NCBI GenBank assembly: GCA_963793305.1
Contig: CAWBZV010000003.1
Location: 96,001 to 160,000, forward strand
Reading direction: 5' to 3'
Length of the DNA stretch: 64,000 bases
Origin: an uncultured Gemmatimonadales bacterium
GTDB taxonomy: Bacteria; Gemmatimonadota; Gemmatimonadetes; Gemmatimonadales; Gemmatimonadaceae
Below the pieces are notes generated by a model. The model was given only the letters and a program-made list of their open reading frames with translations. It had not been told where the DNA came from and searched no databases. Below are positions 18,861 through 29,528 of the stretch, one piece after another; position 1 is the first letter of the stretch, and every line of letters begins with the position of its first letter. Made by a program: the position numbers and the translations under genes.

Positions 18861-20753
18861 GTGGCCATGAACGCACCGTGTCGCACTATCCTGATCGGCG
18901 TCCTCGCCGCCGCACCGCTGCCGGCGCAGAGCGTCGCCGACTCATCGCCATTCCGGCCGCTCGGGCTCCCCACGCCGAACGAATACCGGACCGCGGCGGG
19001 CCGGCCTGGGTCGCGCTATTGGCAGCAGCGCGTCGACTATCGGATTCGCGCCACGCTCGATCCCGCGAACAACGAGGTGCGGGGGCGCGAGACCATCCAT
19101 TACGTCAATCGGTCGCCCGACGCACTGCCCTACCTCTGGATGTTCCTGGAACAGAACATTTGCGCGCCGTCGAGCATCACGAACGTGCTCGATCAGCCGC
19201 CGCTCGTGTTCCTCGGATCGACGTTCGACTTCTCGTGCCAAGGCTTCGCGGGCGGGCTCACGCTCGACTCGGTCCGGGTTGGCGGCAAGGACGCCCAGCG
19301 GTCGATCTACGGGACGACTATGCGGATCGATCTCGCCCGGCCCTTGGCTCCCGGCGACACTGTCAACTTGGATCTTGCGTGGTCCTTCCACGTGCCCGAG
19401 CAAGGAGCTGGCCGCATGGGACACGACGGGACTCTCTACGAGATCGCGCAGTGGTATCCGCGCATGGCCGTGTACGACGACGTGCATGGGTGGAACCATG
19501 AGCCGTACATCGGGGCCGGCGAGTTCTATCTCGAATACGGTCACTTCGACGCACTGATCACGGTGCCCGCGACATATATCGTGGCCGCGACCGGACGCCT
19601 CGTGGATCCCGACGTCGTGCTCACGGAACGGGAACGCATGCGCCTTCGGCGCGCGTTAGCCTCGGACACCGCGATCGCCGTGATCAGCAAGCAGGAGGCC
19701 GGCAATGTCGCACAGACGAGACCAACAGCCAATGGCACGCTGACCTGGCATTTCGTGGCCGACAGTGTGCGCGATCTAGCCTTCGCGGCCGCGCCGAACT
19801 TTCAATGGGATGCGAGTGGGTACCGCGGCATTCTGATTGAGACTCTCTACAGGCCATCCGCCGACAAGTGGGAAGAAGCGAACCGGATGGCCCGGGGAGC
19901 GATCCAGTATTTCAGCGAGCAGTGGTTCCCGTATCCCTACTCGCAGGCCACGACGATCGAGGGCCCGATCGAAGGCATGGAATACCCGATGCTGACGTTC
20001 GTGCCCAACAGCCCGAGCCGCGAGGAGCAGCAATGGGTTCTCGCGCACGAGTTCGGGCACGAGTGGTTCCCGATGGTCGTCGGGTCGAACGAGCGGCTCT
20101 ACCCGTGGATGGACGAGGGCTTCAACACGTTCATCGACCTCGGCAACGCCGCGAAATATTTCGCGGGCACGGCATATGGCGACACGATCGAGGTGCATTC
20201 GCTGCACCTCTATCCGGACCACGCGGTGCCGGGCGCCGAGCAGCCGATTATCACGAAGCCGACCGAGGTGCACGATCTCTTCTGGGGCGCGTACCAGAAA
20301 CCCGCGCTCATGATGCAAGAGCTCAGATACGAGGTGCTCGGCAAAGAGCGATTTGATCCCGCGTTCCGGGCATACATCCGGGCCTGGCAGTTCAAGCATC
20401 CGACACCCGCGGATTTCTTTCGCATGATGCGCGACGAGTCCGGCATGGACCTCGACTGGTTCTGGCGCGGGTGGATCTACACGACGGCCCGGCTCGACCA
20501 AGCGATCGATTCCGTCAGCGGGAGCAAAGTTTATCTTTCGAATCGTGGGACGATGATTATGCCGGCCGAGCTCGCCGTCACGTTCGAGGATGGGACACAG
20601 ACAGTGGCGCGATTGCCGATCGAGATGTGGAACCTGGGATCGCGATTCGCGTATCGCGTCCCTGGGACAAAGCGCGTGACCCGCGTAGAGCTCGACCCAC
20701 GCAAACACCTCCCGGATATCGACCGCCGCAATAACATCTGGCCGCGACCATGA
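18861..20753 (+). CDS. M1-family metallo-aminopeptidase
   Basis: GMEYP, HEFGHEWF and WMDEG (HExxH-x18-E); signal peptide. Confidence 0.93.
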   Translation: MAMNAPCRTILIGVLAAAPLPAQSVADSSPFRPLGLPTPNEYRTAAGRPGSRYWQQRVDYRIRATLDPANNEVRGRETIHYVNRSPDALPYLWMFLEQNICAPSSITNVLDQPPLVFLGSTFDFSCQGFAGGLTLDSVRVGGKDAQRSIYGTTMRIDLARPLAPGDTVNLDLAWSFHVPEQGAGRMGHDGTLYEIAQWYPRMAVYDDVHGWNHEPYIGAGEFYLEYGHFDALITVPATYIVAATGRLVDPDVVLTERERMRLRRALASDTAIAVISKQEAGNVAQTRPTANGTLTWHFVADSVRDLAFAAAPNFQWDASGYRGILIETLYRPSADKWEEANRMARGAIQYFSEQWFPYPYSQATTIEGPIEGMEYPMLTFVPNSPSREEQQWVLAHEFGHEWFPMVVGSNERLYPWMDEGFNTFIDLGNAAKYFAGTAYGDTIEVHSLHLYPDHAVPGAEQPIITKPTEVHDLFWGAYQKPALMMQELRYEVLGKERFDPAFRAYIRAWQFKHPTPADFFRMMRDESGMDLDWFWRGWIYTTARLDQAIDSVSGSKVYLSNRGTMIMPAELAVTFEDGTQTVARLPIEMWNLGSRFAYRVPGTKRVTRVELDPRKHLPDIDRRNNIWPRP

Positions 20754-21055
20754 TCGTACGCGTCTGGCGCGGACGAGCCGCACTCGCGAATCCGTCCGGG
20801 TACCCTCGCCATTTCATCGACGTGGTGTTGCCGCAGCTGCAACGCCTCGAGGGATTCGCGGGCGCTACCCTGCTGCGCCAGCACCGCGCGCACGACATCG
20901 AGTACGTCGTCGAGACGCGCTGGACGTCACTGGACGCCGTCCGCGCGTTCGCCGGCGCGAACATCGACCGCGCGGTCGTTGAACCCGAAGGCCAGGCCGC
21001 TCTCATCGATTACGACCAGCGCGTCACGCACTACGACATCATCTACGATGGTTGA
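20750..21055 (+). CDS. ABM (antibiotic biosynthesis monooxygenase)-like protein
   Basis: MIVRVWRG...TRWTSLDAVRAFAG..AVVEP; ATGA overlap with the M1 gene. Confidence 0.8.
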   Translation: MIVRVWRGRAALANPSGYPRHFIDVVLPQLQRLEGFAGATLLRQHRAHDIEYVVETRWTSLDAVRAFAGANIDRAVVEPEGQAALIDYDQRVTHYDIIYDG

Positions 21056-21618
21056 GCGCGATACATCGCGCGAAACTGCGCGATGTCCGCGTCGGGTAAC
21101 GCCCGCAACGTCGTGAAGATCTCGGCCGCGAACTCGACGGCGCCAAGACCCGAGGCCGAGATGATGCCGCGGTCGGCGACCGCGAGCGACGTATCGACAT
21201 ACATCGACGGCGTCTCGTAGTTCGGCGCGTAGTGCGAGAGAAAATCGCGGCCGTTGCTCGTATGCCGACGGTCGCGGAACAGGCCCACACGTGCCAGCGC
21301 GACGGTCGCCGCGCAGATCCCGGCCAAGGGAATCGAGTCGGTGGCGAGCCGTCGCAGGATGGGGTCCAGCCGATCAGCCGGGTATCCCTGCTCCCACATG
21401 TCGCCGCCCGGCAGGAGAAGGAGTTCCGGCGCGTCGAGATCTTCGAGGACTCGGTCCGGCGTGACGCGCAAGCCGCCCATCGACGTGACAGGGGACAGGT
21501 CGTACCCATACGTCGTTATCGACCGCTTCCCCCAGCGCCGAAGCCCGGTTAATGCATAGGAGGGCTCCCAGTCCGCAAACCCTTCGAAGACCAGAACTGC
21601 CGTACTCGGGCTCGTCAT
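21043..21618 (-). CDS. DJ-1/PfpI-family protein
   Basis: FADWE, LLLPGG and AGIC (nucleophile Cys). Confidence 0.9.
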   Translation of the reverse strand: MTSPSTAVLVFEGFADWEPSYALTGLRRWGKRSITTYGYDLSPVTSMGGLRVTPDRVLEDLDAPELLLLPGGDMWEQGYPADRLDPILRRLATDSIPLAGICAATVALARVGLFRDRRHTSNGRDFLSHYAPNYETPSMYVDTSLAVADRGIISASGLGAVEFAAEIFTTLRALPDADIAQFRAMYRAQPS

Positions 21619-21812
21619 GTGTATGTTTGGGTCATGCGTGACCGGGTGAACCTGGAGTATAGCCTGCGAGGCAGCCAGATCTTTGTGACGTATCCGCCGA
21701 GTTACACCGGCGGATTTCCGATCGGCGAGTATCCCGCGTGGTACGAGACGGACCCACCCAACGAGATCACCCGCGAACGCGTGGCGATCTGGCGTGAGTT
21801 GAGGAGCCAGCT

Positions 21813-23843
21813 ATGAAAGTTGTGTTCTCGATGGCCATCGCCCTCGCGGTGCTCAGTGTCGCCGCGGCCGCGCAGGATCAAGATCCACCGACCCGCGCCG
21901 GCCGGCTCGGCTACATCTCGGGCACCGTCTCGCTCCGGCCCGCGGGCGACACGGAGTGGGCCGCGGCCGTGCCGAACCGCGCGCTCACCACCGGTGATCG
22001 CGTCTGGGTCGACTCGAATGGCCGAGCCGAGGTACAGATCGGACAGACGCGGATCCGCTTGGCGGGCGGGACGGAGCTCGACATCGCCAACCTCGACGAC
22101 AACACGATTCAGGCGAGCGTCACGCAGGGCACGGCGACGGTCAGCGTGCGCCACTTGAACGATGGCGAGTCCGAAGAGTTCGACACGCCGAACGCCGCGA
22201 TCGGGATCGGCCAGGCCGGCGACTATCGCATCGACGTGTCGCCGGACGGCAGCCAGTCGACCGTGAAAGTGTGGGCGGGCCAAGTGGCCGTGACCGCGGC
22301 CGGCTCATCGTTCGATGTCAACGCGAAACAGGCCGCGACGGTGAACGGCACCGACGCGCCGACCTACGATGTGGTCGACATCGGTCCCGAAGACAGCTGG
22401 GATCAGTGGAGCGACGACCGCGACCATCGCGAAGAGGCCTCGGCCTCCTCGCGCTACGTCTCGGCCGACATCGCCGGGTACGACGATCTCGATGGGAACG
22501 GCGCGTGGCGCGACGATCCGACATACGGCGCGGTGTGGACGCCGACGACGGTCGTCGTGGGCTGGAGCCCGTATCACTACGGCCACTGGGTGTGGGAAGG
22601 ACCCTATGGATGGACGTGGGTCGATGACGCGCCATGGGGTTGGGCGCCGTTCCACTACGGCCGTTGGGTGTACGCCGAAGACCACTGGGGTTGGTGCCCG
22701 GGTCGCGTCTACGAGCGGCCGGTATGGGCGCCCGCGCTGGTCGCGTTCGTCGGCGGCCGCGGATGGAACGCCGGCGTGTCGTTCGGCGGCGGAGTCGGGG
22801 TCGGCTGGTTCCCGCTCGCGCCCGAGGAACCGTACTACCCCTCGTACCACGTGAGCAACACGTACGTCCGGAACGTGAACATCACGAACGTCACCAACGT
22901 GACGAATATCACGAACGTCACCAACGTCACGAACATCACCTACCGCAACCGCGAGGTGGCGGGCGCTGTGACGGTCGTTCCGGATAACGCGTTCCGGAAT
23001 GGTCAGCCAGTCTCGCGCTACGCCGTACGCGTCCCAGCGGGTGCGATTCAGCAGGCGCCGAGGCTCGGATCGGCCGCGCCATTCGTGCCGACGCGGCGCA
23101 GCATCGCGCCGATCGCGTCTCAGCATCGCCCGCCCGCCGCGATCAACAACCGGACCGTCGTCGCGGTGCGGCAACCACCCAGGGCACCGCCGCCGTTCGA
23201 CGAACAGGCGAAGCTGCTGGCCGCGCATCCCGGCCGTCCCGCCGCGGCGTCCGAGCTCGCGACGATCAAGCGGCCAGCCGAGCCGGTGGTTGCGGTGCGG
23301 CCCGCCAATCAACCAGTGAGACCAGGCGTGACGCTCAAGCCCGCGCGTCCGGCCGTAGCGGCGGCGCCAGCACCGAATGCTCCGAAGCCGAACGTGGCGG
23401 GGCCGCCGGTCGCGAAGGCGGTGCCGCATCCGGGTTACGTCGCCACGCCGGTACCGCATCCTACACCGTCGCAACCGCGCGCACCGGTGGCCGAGCCCAC
23501 GCGTGGTCCGGCAACCGCGACACGCGTTCCACAGCCGGCACCGCGGCCGACGATCTCGTCAGCGCCGGCTCCGCATCCGAACCTCGCGACGCAGTATACG
23601 CAGCAGCGGAACGACATGGAGAACCGGCACGCACAAGAAGCCGCGAATCCACCAGCAAACGTGCAGCCGCAGGCGCTCGCGAAACAGCAGGCGACCGAGC
23701 ATCGCACCCTCGACAATAACTACGTGCAGGCGCGTAGCAGTGGTGCGAAGTCGATGCCGGCGCCGCCGCCGCGTCCCGCGGCACCAGCACCTCGTCCGGC
23801 AGCACCGCCACCGCGTGCCGCACCGGCGCCGAAGAAGCACTAG
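21813..23843 (+). CDS. FecR-like/DUF6600-type protein with Trp/Tyr-rich repeats and Pro-rich tail
   Basis: DPPTRAGRL N-terminus; WSPYHYGHW and WGWAPFHYGRW repeats; Pro/Ala-rich C-terminus; AGGAG RBS. Confidence 0.85.
   Translation: MKVVFSMAIALAVLSVAAAAQDQDPPTRAGRLGYISGTVSLRPAGDTEWAAAVPNRALTTGDRVWVDSNGRAEVQIGQTRIRLAGGTELDIANLDDNTIQASVTQGTATVSVRHLNDGESEEFDTPNAAIGIGQAGDYRIDVSPDGSQSTVKVWAGQVAVTAAGSSFDVNAKQAATVNGTDAPTYDVVDIGPEDSWDQWSDDRDHREEASASSRYVSADIAGYDDLDGNGAWRDDPTYGAVWTPTTVVVGWSPYHYGHWVWEGPYGWTWVDDAPWGWAPFHYGRWVYAEDHWGWCPGRVYERPVWAPALVAFVGGRGWNAGVSFGGGVGVGWFPLAPEEPYYPSYHVSNTYVRNVNITNVTNVTNITNVTNVTNITYRNREVAGAVTVVPDNAFRNGQPVSRYAVRVPAGAIQQAPRLGSAAPFVPTRRSIAPIASQHRPPAAINNRTVVAVRQPPRAPPPFDEQAKLLAAHPGRPAAASELATIKRPAEPVVAVRPANQPVRPGVTLKPARPAVAAAPAPNAPKPNVAGPPVAKAVPHPGYVATPVPHPTPSQPRAPVAEPTRGPATATRVPQPAPRPTISSAPAPHPNLATQYTQQRNDMENRHAQEAANPPANVQPQALAKQQATEHRTLDNNYVQARSSGAKSMPAPPPRPAAPAPRPAAPPPRAAPAPKKH
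22878..22940 (+). repeat. 9-bp coding tandem repeat x7, (N-[IV]-T)7
   Basis: aacatcacg aacgtcacc aacgtgacg aatatcacg aacgtcacc aacgtcacg aacatcacc. Confidence 0.9.
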
Positions 23844-23880
23844 CACGCAACGTCCGGATAGTCTCGACCGTAGGTAACAG

Positions 23881-25246
23881 ATGAAGCTCTGGTACTTTGC
23901 GACAGTCGGCGTTGTGGGGATCGCCAATGCGCAACAGACCCCCACGGCGCCGACTCCAGGCCTGACGGCGCGGGCGATGGCGGATACGTTGCCGCCCGAT
24001 ACGACTTTCAAATACGCGGCGATGCTGACGATAGATCAGGTCGTCGCCAACGCACTACGCTATAGTCCGGCGGTCGCACAAGCCCGTGGCGCTGTGCACT
24101 CGGGACTCTCCAGCCAGCGCGTCGCCTACGGGGCGTTCTTGCCGAACGTCGTGTTCAATGCCAATGCGCTCCAACAGGACGCGAAGAGTACGCCGGCCGC
24201 TCTCACCGGTACCGGCTTGGGCAATACGTACGCGCCGAACGCGTACTGGGCTGGGTTCTCGGCGTCCTACGATGTCTTCACCGGCGGCCGGCGGCCCGCC
24301 GAGATCGCCGCGGCGAAAGCGACGACCCACGCCGCGGATGCCGCGCTGACTGAGCAGAAGTACGGCACGGCGCTGACGGCCGAGCAGCAGGCGTATGGCG
24401 TACTCCGCGGCCACGACCTCGTACAGGTGTCGTACACGCGGATCGAAAACGCCGTGCGCGCGCTCGACTATGCATCGGCGAACTTGCGCGCCGGCACCGC
24501 GACGCGCGCCGACGTGCTCCAAGCCCAACTCGCGGTCGAGCAAGCGCGCCAACAGAATGATCGCCTCCGAGGACTCGCTGTCGACGTACTCGTACGGCCT
24601 CGGTCGCCTCGTTGGTGTCGACGGCGCGGTGGGCGTGACGGGCGTGGACTCGGCCATCGACTTCCGCCTCGCGCTCGCCGACTCGCAGATCATCGCACTC
24701 GCCATCTCACAGGCGCCCGCGGTGACCGCGGCCGACCAGAGCGCGCGGTCCCAGCGCGCGTTCTTCGACGCCGCGCGCACCGAGTATCTCCCGACGATTA
24801 CCCTCTCGGGCGGCTACAACTGGGCCAACACGTCGCTCAACATCAACGCGACGCGCCCCGGGTGGCTCGTCCAGCTGGGGACGGCGTTCCCGTTGTTCAA
24901 CGGGTTCGTGCGGGAGAACGACGTCGAACAGGCCTCGATCAACATGGACGTCGCGCGGTCGACGGCGTCGGACACCCACCGGTTCGCGCTGAGTCAGGCC
25001 CAAGCGCTCCTCGCCAATTTGCGGTTGGCCGAGGAGAGCATTCAGTCGGCGGAGGTGGAGGTCGCGACGGGCGAGGAGAACCTGCGCGTGATGTTCGCGC
25101 GCTATCGGAATGGCGTCGCGACCTTCCTCGATCTGACGACCGCGCAACTCAACGAGGCCCAGGCACGGACGGACCTCGTGACCGCGCGCTACAACTATTT
25201 TATCACTCGCGTATCGCTCGAGGCGCTGTTGGGTCGGTCGCTGTAG
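23881..25246 (+). CDS. TolC-family outer membrane efflux protein; +1 frameshift near 24556
   Basis: Two OEP halves (AFLPNV..., EYLPTITLSGGY..., FPLFNG, RYRNGVATFLD) split over ORFs starting at 23881 and 24395. Confidence 0.85.
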
Positions 25247-26373
25247 TTGACCACACGGAGGCGCGCGCCCTCGATCACGTCGTCGGACGGGTTGACCACC
25301 ACCGTCGCGCCCTCCGTGACGCCATCGGTCAGCTCGACTTCGCCGCCGTAGTCCCGGCCGAGCGTGATCGGCGAGAAGTGGGCGGTGCTGTCCGCACGCA
25401 CTTCGACGACTTGCGGACCATCGGACCGCGTGACGAGCGCGTTGGCCGTCACGAGGAGTGGCGCCGCACTTCTATCGATCTGAAAATGGACGTCCGCGTA
25501 GAGGCCGGGCACCAAGGCACCGTCGGTATTCAGTATCCGTACCTCGACTAAGAGCGTCCGCGAGGCCGGATCCAGTGCCTCCGACGTGCGGCTCACGGTC
25601 CCCGTAAATGTTCTTCCCAGGCGCTCGGCCACACTGACCGCGGCATGCTGTCCGACCACGATCGCTGAGCTCACGGACTGGGGAACGTTGACCAGCAGTC
25701 GTACGGTGTCGATCTGCGCCAACGTGTAGAGCCCGCGCCCGATGCCGCTGGTCGCCGGGCCAGCGCCTGCTGGCGATACGTACTGACCGACGTCGAGCGA
25801 GCGCGACGTGACGACGCCGGAGAATGGCGCGGCGATATACGAGAATTGTTGCAGTGCGGAGAGCCTACGGACGTCGGCTTCGTCGGCCATCACGGCCGCG
25901 TTGGCGTCGTCAAACGCCGCCTGGTGCTCGTCCAGCTCGAGCTTCGACACCGCGCTATCGCGCACGAGGTCTTTCCACCGAACGAGATTCGTCCGGTTGA
26001 GCAGCAACGTGGCCTGCGCACGCGCGAGCGTCGCACGAGCCGCCTCGAGTTGCTGATCGACCTCGGGCGTCGAGATCTGGGCCATGATCTGGCCGGATCT
26101 GACATGGGCGCCCATGTCGACCGTCCACCGCTTCACGTAGCCGGCCGTCTGCGCGTACACGGAGGCCTCGTGCAATGCCTCGACGGTGCCGGGGAGGGCC
26201 AGGTCAGACGATGCGGCGGCGCGGTGCACGGTCGCGACCAGGACGCCGACCGCGCTGGTACTGCGCGCTGACGCCGCGGCGGCGAGCCGGCGGGCGCGGG
26301 CGACGCGGGGCAGCCCGCCCACGAGCAGCGCCACCGCGACGAGGATGATGATGGAGATGGTGCGGACTTTCAT
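25195..26373 (-). CDS. RND periplasmic adaptor subunit
   Basis: LPGTVEA..YAQTAGYV...DMGAHV, APFSGVVT and LDPASRTLLVEV. Confidence 0.92.
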   Translation of the reverse strand: MKVRTISIIILVAVALLVGGLPRVARARRLAAAASARSTSAVGVLVATVHRAAASSDLALPGTVEALHEASVYAQTAGYVKRWTVDMGAHVRSGQIMAQISTPEVDQQLEAARATLARAQATLLLNRTNLVRWKDLVRDSAVSKLELDEHQAAFDDANAAVMADEADVRRLSALQQFSYIAAPFSGVVTSRSLDVGQYVSPAGAGPATSGIGRGLYTLAQIDTVRLLVNVPQSVSSAIVVGQHAAVSVAERLGRTFTGTVSRTSEALDPASRTLLVEVRILNTDGALVPGLYADVHFQIDRSAAPLLVTANALVTRSDGPQVVEVRADSTAHFSPITLGRDYGGEVELTDGVTEGATVVVNPSDDVIEGARLRVVNYSDRPNSASSDTRVIK

Positions 26374-29300
26374 TATCGATCGACTCCGGCCAGAGACACA
26401 TCTCCGGTGTCGCGCGGCGCAACCCGCCCGCGAATGGATGCATAGACGACCGGAACGAAGAATAGCGTCGCGAAGGTCGCGACCAGAAGCCCACCGATGA
26501 CGGCTCGGCCCAGCGGCGCGTTCTGCTCGCCACCTTCGCCGAGGCCCAATGCCATGGGGAGCATGCCGATGATCATGGCGAGTGCCGTCATGAGCACCGG
26601 CCGGATGCGCTCGTGTCCTGCCTCGAGCGCGGCTTCCTCAGCCGTGCGTCCGAGGCCGCGCTGGTCGTTGGCGAACGTCACCATCAATACCGAGTTCGCC
26701 GTGGCGACGCCCATGGCCATGATCGCACCCATGAGCGACGGCACGCTGAACGAGGTCTGCGTCAGATAGAGCGACCACACGATTCCCGCCAGCGCGCCAG
26801 GGAGCGCCATGACGATGATCAAGGGGTCGGTCCAGGACTGGAAGTTGACGACCATCAGCAGGTACACGAGCACGATCGCGAACACGAGTCCGGCCTCGAG
26901 GCCAAAGAACGACGACCGCATGCTCTCGACCTGTCCACGCACGACGACCGTTGTCCCGCGCGGCAGGCTTTTTCTGGCCGTCGCGACGACGCGATCGACA
27001 TCGGTGGCCACGCCGCCCAGATCGCGTCCCGAGACATTGGCATCGACGTCGAACACCGGCTGGATGTTGTAGTGCGTGATCACGGCCAGCGTGTTGCGTC
27101 GCGTCACCTGCGAGAGATTCGTGAGCAGCTGCGGTTGGTCCGTCCCCGAGTGGATCGGCGTCCGCTCCAAGTCGGCCATGTCCGTGACGCGGTACTGCGG
27201 CGTCTGCACGACGAGCGGATAGTTGATGCCATTCGCCGGGTTGAGCCAGTAGTTCGGCGCGACCTGCACATTTGATGACAGCGTCACCAGCATGTCGTTG
27301 GCCACATTGCGCTGCGTGAGGCCGATCTCCTGGGCTTTCGTGCGGTCGACGTTGATCAAGAGATCGGGCGCATTGACGACCTGTAAGAGGTGGACGTCGG
27401 CCGTGCCCGGGATGGCGGTCAACTGGTGTACCAGGCCTTTGGCGATCTCGAAGTTCTGCGCCCGGCTCCGGCCGACGACTTGCACGTCGATCGGTGCCGC
27501 CAGCCCGAAGTTGAGCGTCTGCCCCACGATGTCGGCGGGCTGGAAGAAGAACGTCACGCCGGGGAAGTCACGATTGAGCGTCGTGCGCATCGAGTCGACG
27601 TAGTCGGGGGTCTTGCCTCGGCGATCGTCGGTCAGCGAGATCAAGACCTCGCCATTGGTTGCGCCGATCGTGGGGTTATCGCTATAGGCGAGATTGAGGC
27701 CGAGCCCGCCGATGCCGATGTTGTCGACAATGACATCGAGATCGTGCGGGGGGATCACGCGGCGGATCTCGCGCTCGACGCCGGCGAGGAGCTGCTCCGT
27801 CTCCTCGATGCGGGTCCCGGCCGGCGCCCTGACATGCAGCCGTATCTGACCCGCGTCGACGGCCGGAAAGAAATCCTGCCCGATAAATGGCACCAAGAGG
27901 AAGCTCGCCAATACCCCACCCAAGAACAGCGCCGTCGTCCGCTTGCGCTGGCCCATGATGCGGGTGAGCGCGCGATCATACGCGCCTCGGAAGCTTTCGA
28001 ACCCACGCTCGAAGCGCCGAAAGAACGCGGGTGCCGGGCGTCCATGCTCAGCCTGCAGCGCATACTTGACCAGCGTTGGCACCAATGTCCGCGACAGGAG
28101 GTACGACGCCAGCATCGCGAAAATCACGGCTTCGGCCAATGGAGCGAACAGAAACCCGGCCACGCCGGTCAGCGATAAAATCGGGACGAAGACAATACAG
28201 ATGCAGAGCGTCGACACGAACGTGGGCACCGCGATCTGCACGGCGCCATCCAGAATGGCCTGCTCCAGATCTTTGCCCTGCGCGGCATTCCGGTGGATGT
28301 TCTCGATGGCGACCGTGGCGTCGTCCACCAGAATACCGACGGCCAGCGCGAACCCGCCCAGCGTCATACTGTTGATCGTCTGCCCCAATGCGCTCAGCGC
28401 GATGATGGACGAGAGAATGGCGAGCGGGATCGACACCGCGACGATCAGCGTGCTCCGCCAGCTGCCGAGGAACAACAAGATCATGAGCGCGGTGAGACAC
28501 GCCGCGATGATCGCTTCGCGAATGACGCCGTTGATCGCGGCCTTGACGAACAACGATTGATCGCCCAACGGGTCGGCCTTCAGCGATGCCGGCAACGTCG
28601 CCATGACCGACGGCAGCCGATCGCGAATGCGCTTCACGACGTCGAGCGTCGACGCCCCGCCGCCCTTGAGCACGGTGAGCAGCGCCCCGCGCTGGCCGTT
28701 GCGCCGCACGATGCTCGACTGCACGGCGTATCCGTCGTGCACCTGCGCCACGTCCCGCACGTAGATCGTTGCGCCATTGACTTGCTTGATCGGCAGGTCA
28801 TTGAGCTGCTGCAGGACGTTCGGGTTCGAGTTCAAGTGTACCTGGTACTCGCGCGTTCCCATCTTCGCCGTTCCCGCGGGCAGCACCAGGTTCTGGGCAT
28901 TGACGGCATTCGAGACATCGTTCGGCGATACCCCGTTGGCGTACATCTTCTGGGGATCGATGTCGACCATGATCTGCCGCACCTTGCCACCGTAGGGCAG
29001 CGGCAACTGCGCCCCTTGAACGGTCGCGAGCTGGGTGCGCATGAAATTGTACGCGTCGTCGTAAATCTCCTGCTCGGACAAAGACTGGCTGGAGAGCCCG
29101 AGCTGGAGCACCGGCACGTTCGACGCGTTGAAACGCACGATAAACGGCGGCTGCGTCCCCACCGGCGCGATGCGCAGAATCGTCTGCGAGATCGCCGTGA
29201 TCTGGGCGATCGCGCCGCTGATGTTGGTGCCCTGGTGGAAGAACACCTTCTCCACCCCGTACCCAGTCATGGACTGGGATTCCATGTGCTCGATGTTGTC

Positions 29301-29525
29301 GACGGTCGTCGTCATCCCGCGCTCGTGCGGCGTGATGATGCGACTCTCCATGTCTTCCGGCGACAACCCCGCGTACGTCCAGATCACGGTGACAACCGGG
29401 ATGTCGATATTCGGGAAGATGTCGGTCGCCATCTTTCGCACGGAGACGATGCCGAAGATGAGGATCAGCATCGCGCCGACGACGAACGTGTACGGCCGCT
29501 TGAGGCCGAGTTGGACGAGCCACAT
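26373..29525 (-). CDS. RND efflux permease
   Basis: 1050 aa; DIFPNIDIPVV, GILVDDATVAIEN and RIRPVLMTA. Confidence 0.95.
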   Translation of the reverse strand: MWLVQLGLKRPYTFVVGAMLILIFGIVSVRKMATDIFPNIDIPVVTVIWTYAGLSPEDMESRIITPHERGMTTTVDNIEHMESQSMTGYGVEKVFFHQGTNISGAIAQITAISQTILRIAPVGTQPPFIVRFNASNVPVLQLGLSSQSLSEQEIYDDAYNFMRTQLATVQGAQLPLPYGGKVRQIMVDIDPQKMYANGVSPNDVSNAVNAQNLVLPAGTAKMGTREYQVHLNSNPNVLQQLNDLPIKQVNGATIYVRDVAQVHDGYAVQSSIVRRNGQRGALLTVLKGGGASTLDVVKRIRDRLPSVMATLPASLKADPLGDQSLFVKAAINGVIREAIIAACLTALMILLFLGSWRSTLIVAVSIPLAILSSIIALSALGQTINSMTLGGFALAVGILVDDATVAIENIHRNAAQGKDLEQAILDGAVQIAVPTFVSTLCICIVFVPILSLTGVAGFLFAPLAEAVIFAMLASYLLSRTLVPTLVKYALQAEHGRPAPAFFRRFERGFESFRGAYDRALTRIMGQRKRTTALFLGGVLASFLLVPFIGQDFFPAVDAGQIRLHVRAPAGTRIEETEQLLAGVEREIRRVIPPHDLDVIVDNIGIGGLGLNLAYSDNPTIGATNGEVLISLTDDRRGKTPDYVDSMRTTLNRDFPGVTFFFQPADIVGQTLNFGLAAPIDVQVVGRSRAQNFEIAKGLVHQLTAIPGTADVHLLQVVNAPDLLINVDRTKAQEIGLTQRNVANDMLVTLSSNVQVAPNYWLNPANGINYPLVVQTPQYRVTDMADLERTPIHSGTDQPQLLTNLSQVTRRNTLAVITHYNIQPVFDVDANVSGRDLGGVATDVDRVVATARKSLPRGTTVVVRGQVESMRSSFFGLEAGLVFAIVLVYLLMVVNFQSWTDPLIIVMALPGALAGIVWSLYLTQTSFSVPSLMGAIMAMGVATANSVLMVTFANDQRGLGRTAEEAALEAGHERIRPVLMTALAMIIGMLPMALGLGEGGEQNAPLGRAVIGGLLVATFATLFFVPVVYASIRGRVAPRDTGDVSLAGVDR

Positions 29526-29528
29526 GGG

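Noticed and set aside
17041..18870. Long antisense or alternate-frame ORFs (e.g. 17041..18870+, 28293..30107+, 59175..60587-)
   Set aside because: Arg-rich shadows of well-supported genes, expected in high-GC DNA.
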